Positions 50,801 to 64,000 of a stretch of 64,000 bases of DNA are shown here, one piece after another. The notes beneath the pieces are model-generated. The model saw only the letters and a list, made by a program, of their open reading frames with translations. It searched no databases and was not told where the DNA came from. Made by a program: the position numbers and the translations under genes. The DNA is from Octopus sinensis. Lineage: Eukaryota. The stretch covers positions 4,588,001 through 4,652,000 of the forward strand of contig NC_043003.1 of NCBI RefSeq assembly GCF_006345805.1, read 5' to 3'. Numbering within the stretch: the stretch's first letter is position 1; every line of letters begins with the position of its first letter.

Positions 50801-51624
50801 CCCACAATACACATATACATATACATATGAGTGCATATACTCACACTCTTATAGATATAAAAATATACATTTACATAATGATATAAATAAATAATATAAA
50901 TTAATAAACATATATATGTGTTCCACACTCAATGTCTCAGTTTTTCGACTTAATATTGTGATAATAAACATACACAAATTAGTACCTAGATGCAAATATA
51001 CATAGTCAATAGTACATTATATTACTTCATAATAATTTCTAAAGTGTCATTAAAGTTAGCATCATTATTGTTGTCAATACCATTAATGTTATCATTATTA
51101 TCAATCATAATATTATTAATAACTCTTACATTATGATCCAGAGCGGAATATATGTATGTCCGTGTTCCAGTTAATAATTTTCCTTATGACGTAAATACAC
51201 TATTGGATTTGAATTTAAAATTATCATTATCTTCCTCACGGTTGGTCAATTGAGAACCGCCCGACCTCCACCAAACCGTACAAGCAAAACATACACATCC
51301 ACATCTAACCCTAAACCCACACATCTACACAGAAACTCACACACACATGTACACACACATGAATACACCCCGACACATCTCTACAATAAATTGCAGAGTG
51401 CATGTTTGTCATCGCATGGCTTATAGACATATCAGTACAGGCAGCAGTGTCTAACACTAACACACACACTCACACGCACATCCGCATAAATATTAATACA
51501 CTTTCCTATACTGTGTCAGGTAACTTTCGCACACACATATATATTTAAATATATATCTGCGCACTCATACGTACAAATAAAACCCTACATATGTATATAT
51601 ATATACATATACATATATATATTA

Positions 51625-51666
<42 letters not shown>

Positions 51667-52778
51667 GCACGTATACACACACACACACAGACTTATAAAG
51701 CAAGAGTATGGAATGAACTTGCTTAAATCACAACAATTGTGTGCACTACGAACAACAATTAGTTTCTCAGCAAGTAACAGTTATTAGCAACGCACAGAAA
51801 CATGTTGTATTTGTGATTTTTAAAATAAATTTTATATTCAAATTCTGCATATACTAACACCTTGCCGGATGTATACCCTAAGAGGTGAGTAATTCTGCTA
51901 TATGATGGCATACAGGATGATAAACGTAGCCTATGAAAGGGCGCATGAACTCAACAGTCAACGGCCATAGAAAAGCTGGGAGCGTGAGGCCTCTAGTCTT
52001 TGCTTAGACATCTCTGAAAGAGAGGGAAATTCTGATGTACCTGAAGCTTCATCTTGTTTTTCTTTTTCTAGATTATTTGGTTTTGAAGTTGAGAGTCTTG
52101 CGGTGTTGTCCTTGATGTTATTGATGATAACTTTAAATTTAAGCTTGGACATTGCTGACAGCCACTGTCATTGATATCTAAGATTAGATGATAATTTAGT
52201 GATGACCATACTCGCTTACGACTTGACCGTGTACGCATGTATGTATGTATGTATGTATGTATGTATGTATGTATGTATGTATGTATGTATGTATGTATGT
52301 ATGTATGTATATATGTATGTATGTATGTATGCATATATGTATGTTTTTTTGTTGGTATGATTTTTCTCTGAGTTTAATTTAAGTTTTTCTTGAGAAAGTT
52401 CAAGCCAGTTGCTAACAAAGCAACAAGAGTTTTGAGTTACGAGGGTTCCCCGTGTTTGTACAGATGTGGTTGCGTTGGTGTGTTTGTTGATCTGACGATG
52501 CGTACATCCAAGTGTGTGCCCCTATTCACATAAGAATCTCACATAGAGAAGTTTTGGAATGTCTTACAAATTTTCACCGTGCCATAAAAGACTAGATTTA
52601 GAGATGCATGTATGTGTGTAAATATATATTTATGTATGTATGTATGTATGTATGTATGTATGTATGTATGTATGTATGTATGTATGTATGTATGTGTGTG
52701 TGTGTGCGTGTATGTATGTGTATGTATGTATGTGTATATGTATGTGTGTATATGTATGTATGTATGTGTGTGTGTTCA

Positions 52779-52879
52779 TTGTTCAGTCTTATTTCAAGAT
52801 TTCTTGCCAATAGAGAAAGAACCGGTTTCTAACCTAGATCCAAGGCTCCTTCATCGGAATTTCAACATCAACAACAGGG
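52779..52879 (-). mobile_element. Penelope-like pseudo-LTR fragment
   Basis: Copy of 23089-23197, flanked by (TATG)n. Confidence 0.65.
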
Positions 52880-54112
52880 TGTGTATGTATGTATGTATGT
52901 ATGTATGTATGTATGTATGTATGTATGTATGTATGTGTATGTATGTATGTGTGTATGTATGTATGTATGTATGTATAGATGTATTGATGTATGTATGTTT
53001 GTGCAGATTTGTATGTTTTATGTATGTATTCACATCCATATAGTTACATATCTAGACATGCTCATATATATATATTCAAATGATAAACTTCTGGAAGGTT
53101 TTAGAGATTTTTACAGCTCCAGTGATGGATTGGATCTGTAATCTTTGAATCAGGTTTCTCCTTTCATGTTTTCAGAAACCTAATTTCTCAACATTGATAT
53201 TCAGGCAGTGTGTTACATACCCTAGGGGCCCCAATAATGTATGTATGTATGTATGTATGTATGTATGTATGTATGTATGTATGTATGTATGTATGTATGT
53301 ATGTATGTACGCATGTATGTATGTATGTATGTATGTATGTATGTATGTATGCATGCATGTGTGTGTCTATTTATGCATATATATGCACATGCATGTGTAT
53401 GTATATGTATGTATATGTATGTATATGTATATGCATATGTGTACGTATGTATGCGTATTATGTGAATGTAAATGTATATCTGAATGTAGTGCATTATTTC
53501 TATATAGAATCTTTAGCTTCTTTGGTAACTCTTAATCCACCCCGAATGACATTCCAGCTGTAATGCTCCTGTCTTCACCAGGCAAGGCTTATCTTATGCA
53601 ATAATACATTATCTTCTTAAAAGATGTCGCCGAAGGAAAATTTGGTTGCTATTTCTAGCAGTCAGAATGATCTCGATGAGGTACATTCACTGAGTGAGGG
53701 GAACATGTGACATTCAAATGACTGAAAAATTCTATAAATAACTTTAATAATAGAAAACAAACGTAAGCAGTCGCCATTGTTCGAGCCTCGTTCTAACGTT
53801 ACATTTTGGCAATACATCATCTTTTTCACTTCGCAAATAAACAACACCGAATTCTTGCTGCAATGAACTGTCACCAAGTTCAAAATACAGCCAACTCGTT
53901 AGTCTACATAGAATTATTCAAAGAGACAGTTCCGTTGTTTGCTGTATTCAATGTTTAATGCTATTCTATAAAAGATGAAAATTATATTTCGAGGCGAGTC
54001 AATCTTACATTTTTATTGGACATTACTCATAAGAAGCACAATGAAAACTTCGGTTGGATTTTGACGTTTTATAAATCGTATTTACATTCAGTTTTCCTGC
54101 ATTTCTCCACAT

Positions 54113-54159
<47 letters not shown>

Positions 54160-55202
54160 ACTCACTCACCCTCTCACTTTTCATCTATGGATCTACACTG
54201 TTATCTAGCTATCTTTCTCATTATATATCCATTTGTTTATCTATCTTACTATTTATCTACCTACTTATGTGTCTGGCTTGCCTTGACAAATAACAGAAAC
54301 TGGACTCAATACAGATAGTAGAGAATGCATATAGGATTGTTAGGTGAAGAAGTATGGATACGCAACGGCCTAGAGTTTCGTGCCACTCGAACAAACCTGA
54401 TTAAGATGGCAAATATTCTAAACTATCTTTAGATATATCATTGCAGCATTATGATAAACATGTTTCAAAATCTCAACCATTATTGAGAGGAATCACACAC
54501 ATACAAACACGCGCGCGCGCGGTCTCCTTCTCTCTCTTTCTCTCTCTCCCTTGCTCTATCATGTGTTAAACATTAACTTCATAATATCCACTCAAAACTT
54601 TCTCCGAAAATATTGTCATTGATACCCTATTGTAGAAATCAATACTACTCTATTGATGATGATGATGATGATTATAATGCAGAACCGGAAAGATACCGGA
54701 CTATCTGCACTGAAATTTTTGGTTGCAATCCTTTATGCTCTAGGTTCAAATCTAACATTGTCTTTCATCCATCCAGGTTCCCTGCAAAAAGTGCTGCTTC
54801 GTCGCAGAAAACCCTAAAGGTGACGAACCCCTTCCTCTCAAATTCTCATATTCCCTTCCTTGTGCCTGTGATAGAAATTTTGAGGATAATGGCGTTGGCG
54901 GTAGATTGACCACGGGGTATTTTCTTAGAATCCTATACGTTCTGGGTTGGAGTGGTGCTGGAGCGATCTTTATTGTTCCATTCATTCCAAGCCCTATAGA
55001 ATAAATACCAGTCATACACTAGGGTTACATTCCAGCAGACAAATACCATTCTTTTCCTCTGTACGTTTGTGGACGAGTGCCAGGGGTTTGAGACAATTAT
55101 TCTTGTATATTGTGTATTTGATACATGTCTGATTGACGGCATCTTCTACACACATACATATATACACCTCAAAATGTATACATCTATCCAGAAATGCATA
55201 CA

Positions 55203-55234
<32 letters not shown>

Positions 55235-55756
55235 CAAATAAATACAAAACGTATGTATGCGTAGATATATATATATATATATATAATATATATATTATAT
55301 ATATATATAGTATACAAGAATGAGAGAGAAGAGAAAGAGAGAAGGGAAAAGAGTAGAGAAAAGAGAGAGAAGGGGGAGTGGATGCATCATAGATCGAGTG
55401 TATACCACCATGAATACGTCGACACCATTCTGGCGGCGTGAAGACAGCGAGGCACCATTCTAATAAGCTCGATTGTCTGTAAATTCTACGAAAGACACGA
55501 ACAATGTGAAGATGCGACCATTTCTCATCTGATTTACGCATTGTCTTTTATATTTTACATAACTCCGATACGATATGCTGCATTAATGAGAGAATATTAA
55601 TTAGATTTTTTAATTATGGTAAGTAAATTTAATTTCACAGAGAGAATGCCAGCTCAGAAACTGACCATTCTATGAATATTAATTAATAAATAAGAATTTA
55701 CCAATTTACCAATTTATGTATACATTACATACATAGAACAATATAACACTGACAAC

Positions 55757-55825
<69 letters not shown>

Positions 55826-55985
55826 GAGTGAGTGAGAGGAGAGAGAGAGAGAGAGAGATGAATGAATGAATGTCTATCTTTTACCCTTCTCTCTCTCTTT
55901 TTCTTTCTCCTCTTTCTTTGCTCTCCCATATATTCATACAATCATACACAAACACATGTACAATATATATATATATATATATATA

Positions 55986-56027
<42 letters not shown>

Positions 56028-56093
56028 GTATGTGTGTGTGTGTGTGTGGGTACGTATATATATATGCAAGTATATATGTGCGTATATATATAA

Positions 56094-56143
<50 letters not shown>

Positions 56144-58156
56144 TATAATATTATATATATATATATAATATATATAAATATATATATATTAAATATAATA
56201 TATACATATATATAAACATTATAATATATATCATACACACACCACATATGCATATTTGGGAACAGGACGTCACCAACTGTGTAAACAACATGAAATACGA
56301 AAACGAACGCGTTAAATACGCAAACAACGATAATAAAATTGGAAGACAGGACAAGTAAACACAATGAATGACCCTTCATCAGTTGTCGGCTGTCTATCTA
56401 CTTATTTCGTGCATTCAACGACAATATATATATATGTGTGTGTGTGTGTGTATCTTTGTAGCTCTCTCTCTCTATATATACATACATATATCATTTTTGT
56501 ATTTATGTGAATTTCTGTGTTGAAGCTTATTCTGTTGTCTCTGGAGAGAACTTCTTCAGGCGGCAGCCATACCATCGGAGTTAAGGAGTTTAAAAAACAA
56601 TATTTCCTCTTTAGATGGAGTACTGTTTTTGTTGAATCTGGACATACGGACCTCTTCATTATATATATATATATATAAAATACCAAAGAAGAAGAAACCC
56701 AAAATAGCTTCCAAGAAGAACAGCCTAAGAAATAAATAACTAGGATGGCCCATACGCGAAAGTACAATTAATTAAAAAAAGAGGCAAGCACTGAGACAAA
56801 AGGAGCCCAGACCTTAGAAATGGAAAGACGAGAGAGCAAACGTGTGTGTGTAAATTCTAGCCGTGCGGTGTTTTTGTTGTTATGGAGACGACGATGCAAA
56901 TTACTCTTTTCTACACCTCAAACCGTGCACAACTTCCATGAAGCAGGACAAAATCTTCCCTACAAAGGGACCAAAAGATAAGACCCCAAAGGGTCACTAA
57001 AAGCTTATCACCTGTATGAAAACGAAAATAAGGTGGTGTAGTGCGCTCTATATCCAACGATCAGCCTTATCCAGATGCCGTCATAATGGCTGAAACTGAG
57101 CAACCATCAATTTCAGAGCCGGAGCCATCCCCAACAATATATAAGACTATCACGTCCATTGGATCCAGGGTGGCCACCCCAGACATCAGCGCAGATTTCG
57201 TACCGATACTCATACTAAACTTTAGAAGGCTGTTACAACTCAATAACAGAACCAAAATTCCCTCCCTGGGAGATTTTATGGAATGCAAGTTTTCGGTTTG
57301 AAAAGTTGATCTGTATAGAGTTGGGGAATCTCCGACTGATTTTCTTTTGTGGTTGTTCATGATTTCTCCGTCACACGATCCTCCAAGTTGGTGGTTTGTG
57401 TGGTGCAGTTGTTAAATATTCAGAGGAGCAGAGGTCATATTACAGTCGAGAGAAGCAGTAGCGTGGTGAGGGGAGGAGTAATGGTAGATATTCCTGTCGT
57501 GTATATATATATATGTGTGTGTGTGCATGTGTGTGTTTGTGAATGTGTACGCGTCCTTGTGCTTGTGACATCCACCATCGTTGGCGAAGCAAAAGATACC
57601 GATGGCATCAGAGCAAGCCTCAAAAAATCATTACTGGAGTAGATTTTTTCCACTAAAATCTCTGCAAGACGGTGCCACAGCATAGCCACAGTCCAATGTC
57701 TGAAACAAATAATACACACACACACACATGAATATATATATATATATAAGTATAAATATATATATATATAAGTAGATATATACATATAAATGTATACATA
57801 TATATACACATATACAAACGTACGTACGTATATATGTATATGTGTTTCTATAATTGTATTATGTTTATGTATATATATACATATATATATATATACATAT
57901 ATATATTTATGTATATATGTACTTATATGCGTACCTCTCTCTATATACTCATATATATATGTATTCACACACACACACAGACACACACGCATATTATTTA
58001 TTTATTTTTCTGCCATGAAATAATGAAACGAGATCAATAAACTAGAAATGTCACTTTCACTAAAAGCTCATCTGTGGTGCAGTGAACATGTGACGTTAGC
58101 GAAATCGGTGTCACGATACAACACGATAGAAATATCCATCATATATGTACGTTGAT

Positions 58157-58206
<50 letters not shown>

Positions 58207-58699
58207 CTAGCTTTCCATCTCTGAAACATTCATACGGATTAGTTTATATACACCGGGATACTTGATTTGTAAACGGGAGTGGACGGTTGGATGGTGTGAG
58301 AGAGTTAAGGTAGTGTATCACTGTGACAGATAGAAATGCTATCACATGGCCACACACGTAACGCGAGTTTGTGCTTACTAAGTGGGCCTCTGTGATACGG
58401 TTCAAGTATTGATTCGACCGCAAGGAACACTGGACGGTTGTCTGTCTTCAACTAAAATCTAGTGAATCCCGTTCTGCATTGGCCGCCTGTACGTGGTATT
58501 TCATAGATGGAAACAGTGTTGAATCCCACCTTGTATACAAACCAAAATCATTCTCACACACACATATATATATATATATATAAGTATGCGTGTGTATACA
58601 CATACACACACGCACATATACACATATAGATATAGCTGGTGCTATTAAGTGGCTTAGGTCAAGTTTGGTTGTAACATATCTAAGTCATATATATATATA

Positions 58700-59125
58700 C
58701 TCTTTATTCTTTTACTCTTTTACTTGTTTCAGTCATTTGACTGCGGCCATGCTGGAGCACCGCCTTTAATCGAGTAACTCGACCCCGGGACTTATTCTTT
58801 GTAAGCTCAGTACTTATTCTATCGGTCTCTTTTGCCGAACCGCTAGGTGACGGGGACATAAACACACCAGTATCGGTTGTCAAGCGATGTTGGGGGGACA
58901 AACACAGGCATACAAACATACACGCACTCACATATATATATATATATATATATACATATATATGACGGGCTTCTTTCAGTTTCCGTCTACCAAATCCACT
59001 CACAAGGCTTTGGTCGGCCCGAGGCTATAGTAGAAGACACTTGCCCAAGGTTCCACGCAGTGGGACTGAACCCCAAACCATGTGGTTGGTAAACAAGCTA
59101 CTTACCACACAGCCATTCCTACACC
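58700..59125 (-). mobile_element. SINE family B, full length
   Basis: Collinear with 11708-12139. Confidence 0.92.
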
Positions 59126-59210
<85 letters not shown>

Positions 59211-60879
59211 TTGTCTCTCGACTTCGAGAAAAACTATTCCGAAATGTCTTATATACGTACACACACTCATACACATACATCACCGCAAGGGGAGAGATAC
59301 AGAAAGAAATATAATAGAGAGAGGGAGAAAGCGTGAGCAGTAGGGAGGTGTGGGTGAAAAATATTTCGACTAAGATTGCTATAGTAAAAGCTTTCCAGAC
59401 GCAAAACACGTGTTTGATCGTTCAGACGCTTTAACACCGAGTGGCGAGGCGATCACAGACTTTTGTGACTCGATGATTACACGTTTAATGACACATAATT
59501 AAGCTTACTAACGGTGACCACCGTGGTATGGGAGATAACTCTGTCACAATAGGTAGTATCCTCTATTGATACGATAACAATTGTAGCGAAATCATGAACT
59601 TGAATGTTCATGAAATTAATTATGGTATGTTAGTGGCGATAGTTATCTATACAGGAAACTCTTCGACGATTCCTGTGAAGTTTTTATAGAAATCTCTCCA
59701 TGATGTGTCTCTTATATTGCTAAAAAAATTTGTATCTGTATCCAATTGATTCGTTGGAGAGGCGTGGTTTTTGACGCACTTCGGTGTCGTTTTTGGAATC
59801 GCTACAAGGAAGCTGATATCGCAGAGGTTAACTAAATTTTTATCCTAGAAAACCTCACAAATCTCCCCACCATACAAGTTTGAATAGGACGGCAGCCACA
59901 TTCTGAATAGATTAAGGCATCTTGAAATTGTTTTATTTAAACATAATTAAGACTTCGAACCTGTCTACAATTTAGTTGTTAGACATTATGCCTCAAGATA
60001 TGTATGAATTACAACTACAGAAAGTTTGATAAAGGGACTACTTATATTCATAAAATTTTCAGTGGCCTCTAGCTATACTTTGAATCTAGTAATTATAAAC
60101 GAAATACCTTCAAGAGATGTCATCGACTGCGTCACACTCTTTATAATATGGCGTTAATGGGGAGTGGAATGACTGAGAAGGTGATGTATATGGAGGATCC
60201 CTCACACACTTGGATGTGTGTTAGGAAGAAGAAAATGACTGTTTCAGTTCTCCAGTCGACTTAGATTTAGTTACGAACATAGCCGAGTCCTTTTATTTCC
60301 AGTTAGGCAACAGTTTCAAAACACATATATACCGAAAGGTTTTTAATGTGCATAATTAAAATATTAGTTACTCTTGCCAAAATAAAATCGCTTTTAGTAC
60401 TTCCTGCTTCAAATCAGGCACACACTATCTATTGCCGAAATAAATCCACCAGACTATTTAGCAAGATTTGTAGGACAAATCGCATTCCGAGGCATTTCAC
60501 AGAATTTACAGTTAAGGACTCAAAAGGAAGGTGTGACCAGATAATAAACTTCTTGGATACCTCTACGTCACTCCCTTGCATTATCTGGAGATTCTAAGAC
60601 TAGAAAAACTGAAACATAAAATAATGGTAAAGCCTTTCTTTATTTGCTCGGAGCGTGCAACAACATCCACATGCTCATATACACATATATGTATATGTAT
60701 ACACACACACACATACATACATACATACATGCATGCATACATACATACAACTTAATACTCACTCACAAACAGGTAGCAAATAGAGTGCTTTCACTTTTGG
60801 TGCCTCAATCGTCGCCAGGTGAAATAAATTTGACCTGCCCCCCCTCCTGTCCCAGATTTGTTCCAGTGAAACATCGAAA

Positions 60880-61045
60880 ATATGTGAGAGATGGAGGAAG
60901 AGAGGCATCTCTAGCAATCGGGTGGTCCTTATTTTCAGCTGAGTACACTAGAGCAACGTGAAAAGAAGCATCTTATTCAGAGAGACAATTTTTTCCTCGG
61001 TCTCGCAGGCAATCGAACCGATAAACATATGGTCATCAGTCCAAT
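60880..61045 (-). mobile_element. Degenerate tRNA-derived SINE (V/CORE-like body)
   Basis: Minus strand GGTTCGATTGCC B-box-like motif followed by TTTCACGTTGCTCTAGTGTACTCAGCTG. Confidence 0.5.
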
Positions 61046-61732
61046 ATGCAATACACTAACTACTATATATAAATATATATATATCATGTTTCGTGTTTCA
61101 CTATATATGTGTATGTGTGTGTGTTTAGAATCAACAGATGAGATCCAGAGATTCTCAATATAGAAAACATTTAGTAGCGCTCGAATGATTTTTATCCCTC
61201 TCCCCTGAAGACGGAGGCCAGATCTATCTAAAGTATATTTCCTTCCATTACTGTTTGCATATTCTGGTGAACTACATCTGCCAACATTATGAAGTAACTC
61301 CAAACCACCAGAAACAGCTGTTGGACTTGTAACACCATAATGTTCCTCCTGTAATTTCCGGTGTCCTTTGTATTCTGTGTAAGTTTGCCCATTTAATATA
61401 TAGATATCTGTATATTTATACTTGAATATTCGTCTGAAAATTTTCAGTTTTTTCTTTCTATTAACATGTAAACATGTTATATACGGGACCCAACTGACTT
61501 TATTCGTTTATTTGCATCATTGTATCTATTTATGCATATATCTATATATCTATATATATATATATTATATATATGTGTGTGTAGAGGGAGAGAGATGTAT
61601 ATATATAATATGTATGTATATATATATAAAGTTTATCCAAACATGAAAATATAAAGAGAAAACACAATAACGCGAGGACGTGAAACAAGTATAATGTTAT
61701 TGGACAGCCAGGAAAGGAAACAAAGAAGGAGG

Positions 61733-61767
61733 ATTTAACGTTTCGAGCGGAGCTCTTCGTCAGAAAC
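61733..61767 (-). ncRNA. Candidate minimal type I hammerhead ribozyme in a Penelope-like remnant (about 61640-61850)
   Basis: Minus strand GTTT-CTGACGA-A-GAGC(TCC)GCTC-GAAAC-GTT-AAAT: intact core, 4-bp stem II, palindromic ACGT stem III, 4-bp stem I. Confidence 0.65.
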
Positions 61768-63125
61768 ATAGGAAAAGGAAAGATCCAAGGAAGGGAAAAC
61801 GGAGGAAAAACAATCGCCAACGGTACACACGCGATCACATATTGAATGGATTAAAGAGAGATGGTAGCCCCGTGTTACAGTTACCCTCGTTATTGTTAAA
61901 GTCACAGAAATGTGTGACTACCATCTCCCTTTAATCTAGTCTACACCCAGCACTGAGTTCATTTTCTATAATCAACAAAAGTTTCAATGTTGTAACAATT
62001 TACAATAACAGGAAGATAATAAATTCCGCCAGCGCCCTCTTCCACGACACCAATTCAGACACAAATTCAACACCATTCAAAGACTTGGTTTTGTGAAAGA
62101 TACACTCAACGTCTTTGGTTTATTATTGTAAAACTATAACGAAATTGCCTTGGAGTCGTGTTCCATAGAAATATTTTGGTTATTATTATAAAACTAATGC
62201 ATAATTGTCTTGGAGTTGTGTTTCTAAGAAATATTTAACCTAATACGATGGTCAAACCATAAAGTTAGCTTGAATTTTCAGTAAATTACGTAAATAAACG
62301 TTGAATATTCACTCGGGAGAAGACATCTCATTTCTGGCCAAGCATTGGATTATGTTTATATGATGTTGTTCAAGTTTTTATCTTTTGTATTTTGTTACCG
62401 TTTCTCTTATTTTAATCTGTTTTCAAAAGTATAATCTGGAGTTCATTTAAATTTTTTTCTGAATTATAAAAGAAAGTAATAAGGATGGAAGAGGTTACTG
62501 AAAATAAAATTAAACTGAAATGTATTTACAGCGAGGCTTTTGAAACTCGGACAAATTTAATTTGAAAAACTCATATATTTCAAGAATGCGTGTTGGTAAA
62601 ATTACTGCCGTATTGATTTTTACAAATACGGTTAGAACCATGTAGAGCATGATAAATATTGTGTTTTCTTCACAAGATCTTAATCTAGGTAAAAACGCTC
62701 CTTATATTTTGTAAAGAAAAATTAGGTATTTAGAAGGAAGGTCAAAATTAATGTTTGGGATATGTGTGGCATAGGACGGTGCCATGAAGAATTTCTCATT
62801 GTAATCACATGATCGTGGTTCGAAAGAACAAAGAAAGAAAGAAAGGAGAGGCTTGGCCGAATACGGGTCACGTGGAGAGAGAAGTGAGAGAGGTAGAGAA
62901 AGTGGGATGGAAGAATTAGGGAGGGACGAGAAAAAAGAAAGGGGACAGAGTGAAGTGAAAGAGGAGGGAAGATGAGAATTAAGGGAAAGCCAGGAAATGT
63001 GAGGGAGGGGGAACGAAAGAAAGAAAAGTGGGAAGAACGAATTAAGTGTGAAGGGGCTGATAGAAATATATATATATATATATATATATAATTATATATA
63101 TATATATATATATATAGATATATAT

Positions 63126-63192
<67 letters not shown>

Positions 63193-63219
63193 TATGTATG
63201 TATGTATACAGACACATAC

Positions 63220-63260
<41 letters not shown>

Positions 63261-63304
63261 TATATTCATACGTATATGCACATACTTACATCTGTATGTG
63301 TATG

Positions 63305-63358
<54 letters not shown>

Positions 63359-63482
63359 TATGTATGTATGTATACAGACACATACATGTGTATATAATAT
63401 ATATATATATTATATATATATATATATGCATATATTCATACGTATATGCACATACTTACATCTGTATGTGTATGTATATATA

Positions 63483-63515
<33 letters not shown>

Positions 63516-63534
63516 ATTATATATATATATGCAT

Positions 63535-63940
63535 ATGTGGGCAGAGGACGTCACGAAACATGTACAACAAAAACGTACGAAGCACGAGTACATGGAACAT
63601 GAACAATTCTTTCGAACAACGAAAGACAAATGGAAAACAAAACAAACAACATAAAGAACGACCCTTCATCAGTTGTTGGCTGCTTTTCTAGTCTCGCATT
63701 TCGAGCATTTAACAACAAAATACGCTTTCGATAAAACAGTTGTTTCCGCAAAGCAAATATAGAACTTATTTTCAAATACAAATTCGGTGTGCTGCGTTCC
63801 ATTACATGATAAATGGAAAAATATATAAACAAACAACATAACGTATGCTGAATGTAAAAACGAACGGGAAACAAACACAGAAGGTCCGTAATTCTTCATC
63901 AGTTATCGACCAATAGGTAATGTTCAGTCTCGCACCTTTA
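63535..63940 (-). mobile_element. Penelope-like pseudo-LTR remnant, two partial tandem units
   Basis: CTTCATCAGTT recurs at about 63664 and 63894; a related copy with GGACGTCAC...CCCTTCATCAGTTGTCGGCTG lies at 56255-56420. Confidence 0.6.
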
Positions 63941-64000
63941 ACGATAAGACTTAGTTCTTCCCAATTGATGGTGCCCGCAAAAAAAAAAAAAATGCAGAGT

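Noticed and set aside
98-59125. tRNA-like sequences as tRNA genes
   Set aside because: Each continues into SINE core and tail, lacks a complete cloverleaf and occurs as dispersed diverged copies.
475-63910. Apparent excess of hammerhead-like motifs on the minus (gene-sense) strand
   Set aside because: About 8 versus 2 motifs, most degenerate and many outside the proven gene span; too few to support a bias.
1-64000. Most ORFs in the supplied track ([24 protein letters not shown] runs)
   Set aside because: They are translations of di-, tri- and tetranucleotide repeats that lack stop codons; there is no codon or splice evidence.

Overview
AT-rich, microsatellite-saturated metazoan DNA. The SINE, LINE and Helitron families look octopus/cephalopod (inference). 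Almost every ORF in the supplied track is a microsatellite artefact. One host gene is supported on the minus strand by three phase-compatible GT-AG exons (25757-25666, 10866-10740, 2418-2217). They splice into a Cys/Trp-patterned peptide resembling the uncharacterised DUF7042/7043/7044-type proteins, and the gene continues beyond these exons. The rest is intron/intergenic transposon debris: a 5'-truncated RTE LINE with an apparent 64-bp target-site duplication, three L1/Tx1-type fragments, R4/Dong-type LINE ends nested in (TAA)n arrays, several tRNA-derived SINE families, non-autonomous Helitron/Helentron elements and many Penelope-like pseudo-LTR remnants. Several Penelope-like remnants form long hairpins inside (TA)n tracts and carry hammerhead-ribozyme-like cores (CTGANGA...GAAA plus a palindromic stem III), with a recurring CCGANGA variant. 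A ~2-kb tandem duplication around a 100-N gap is probably an assembly artefact. No prokaryotic-type system or CRISPR array is present.
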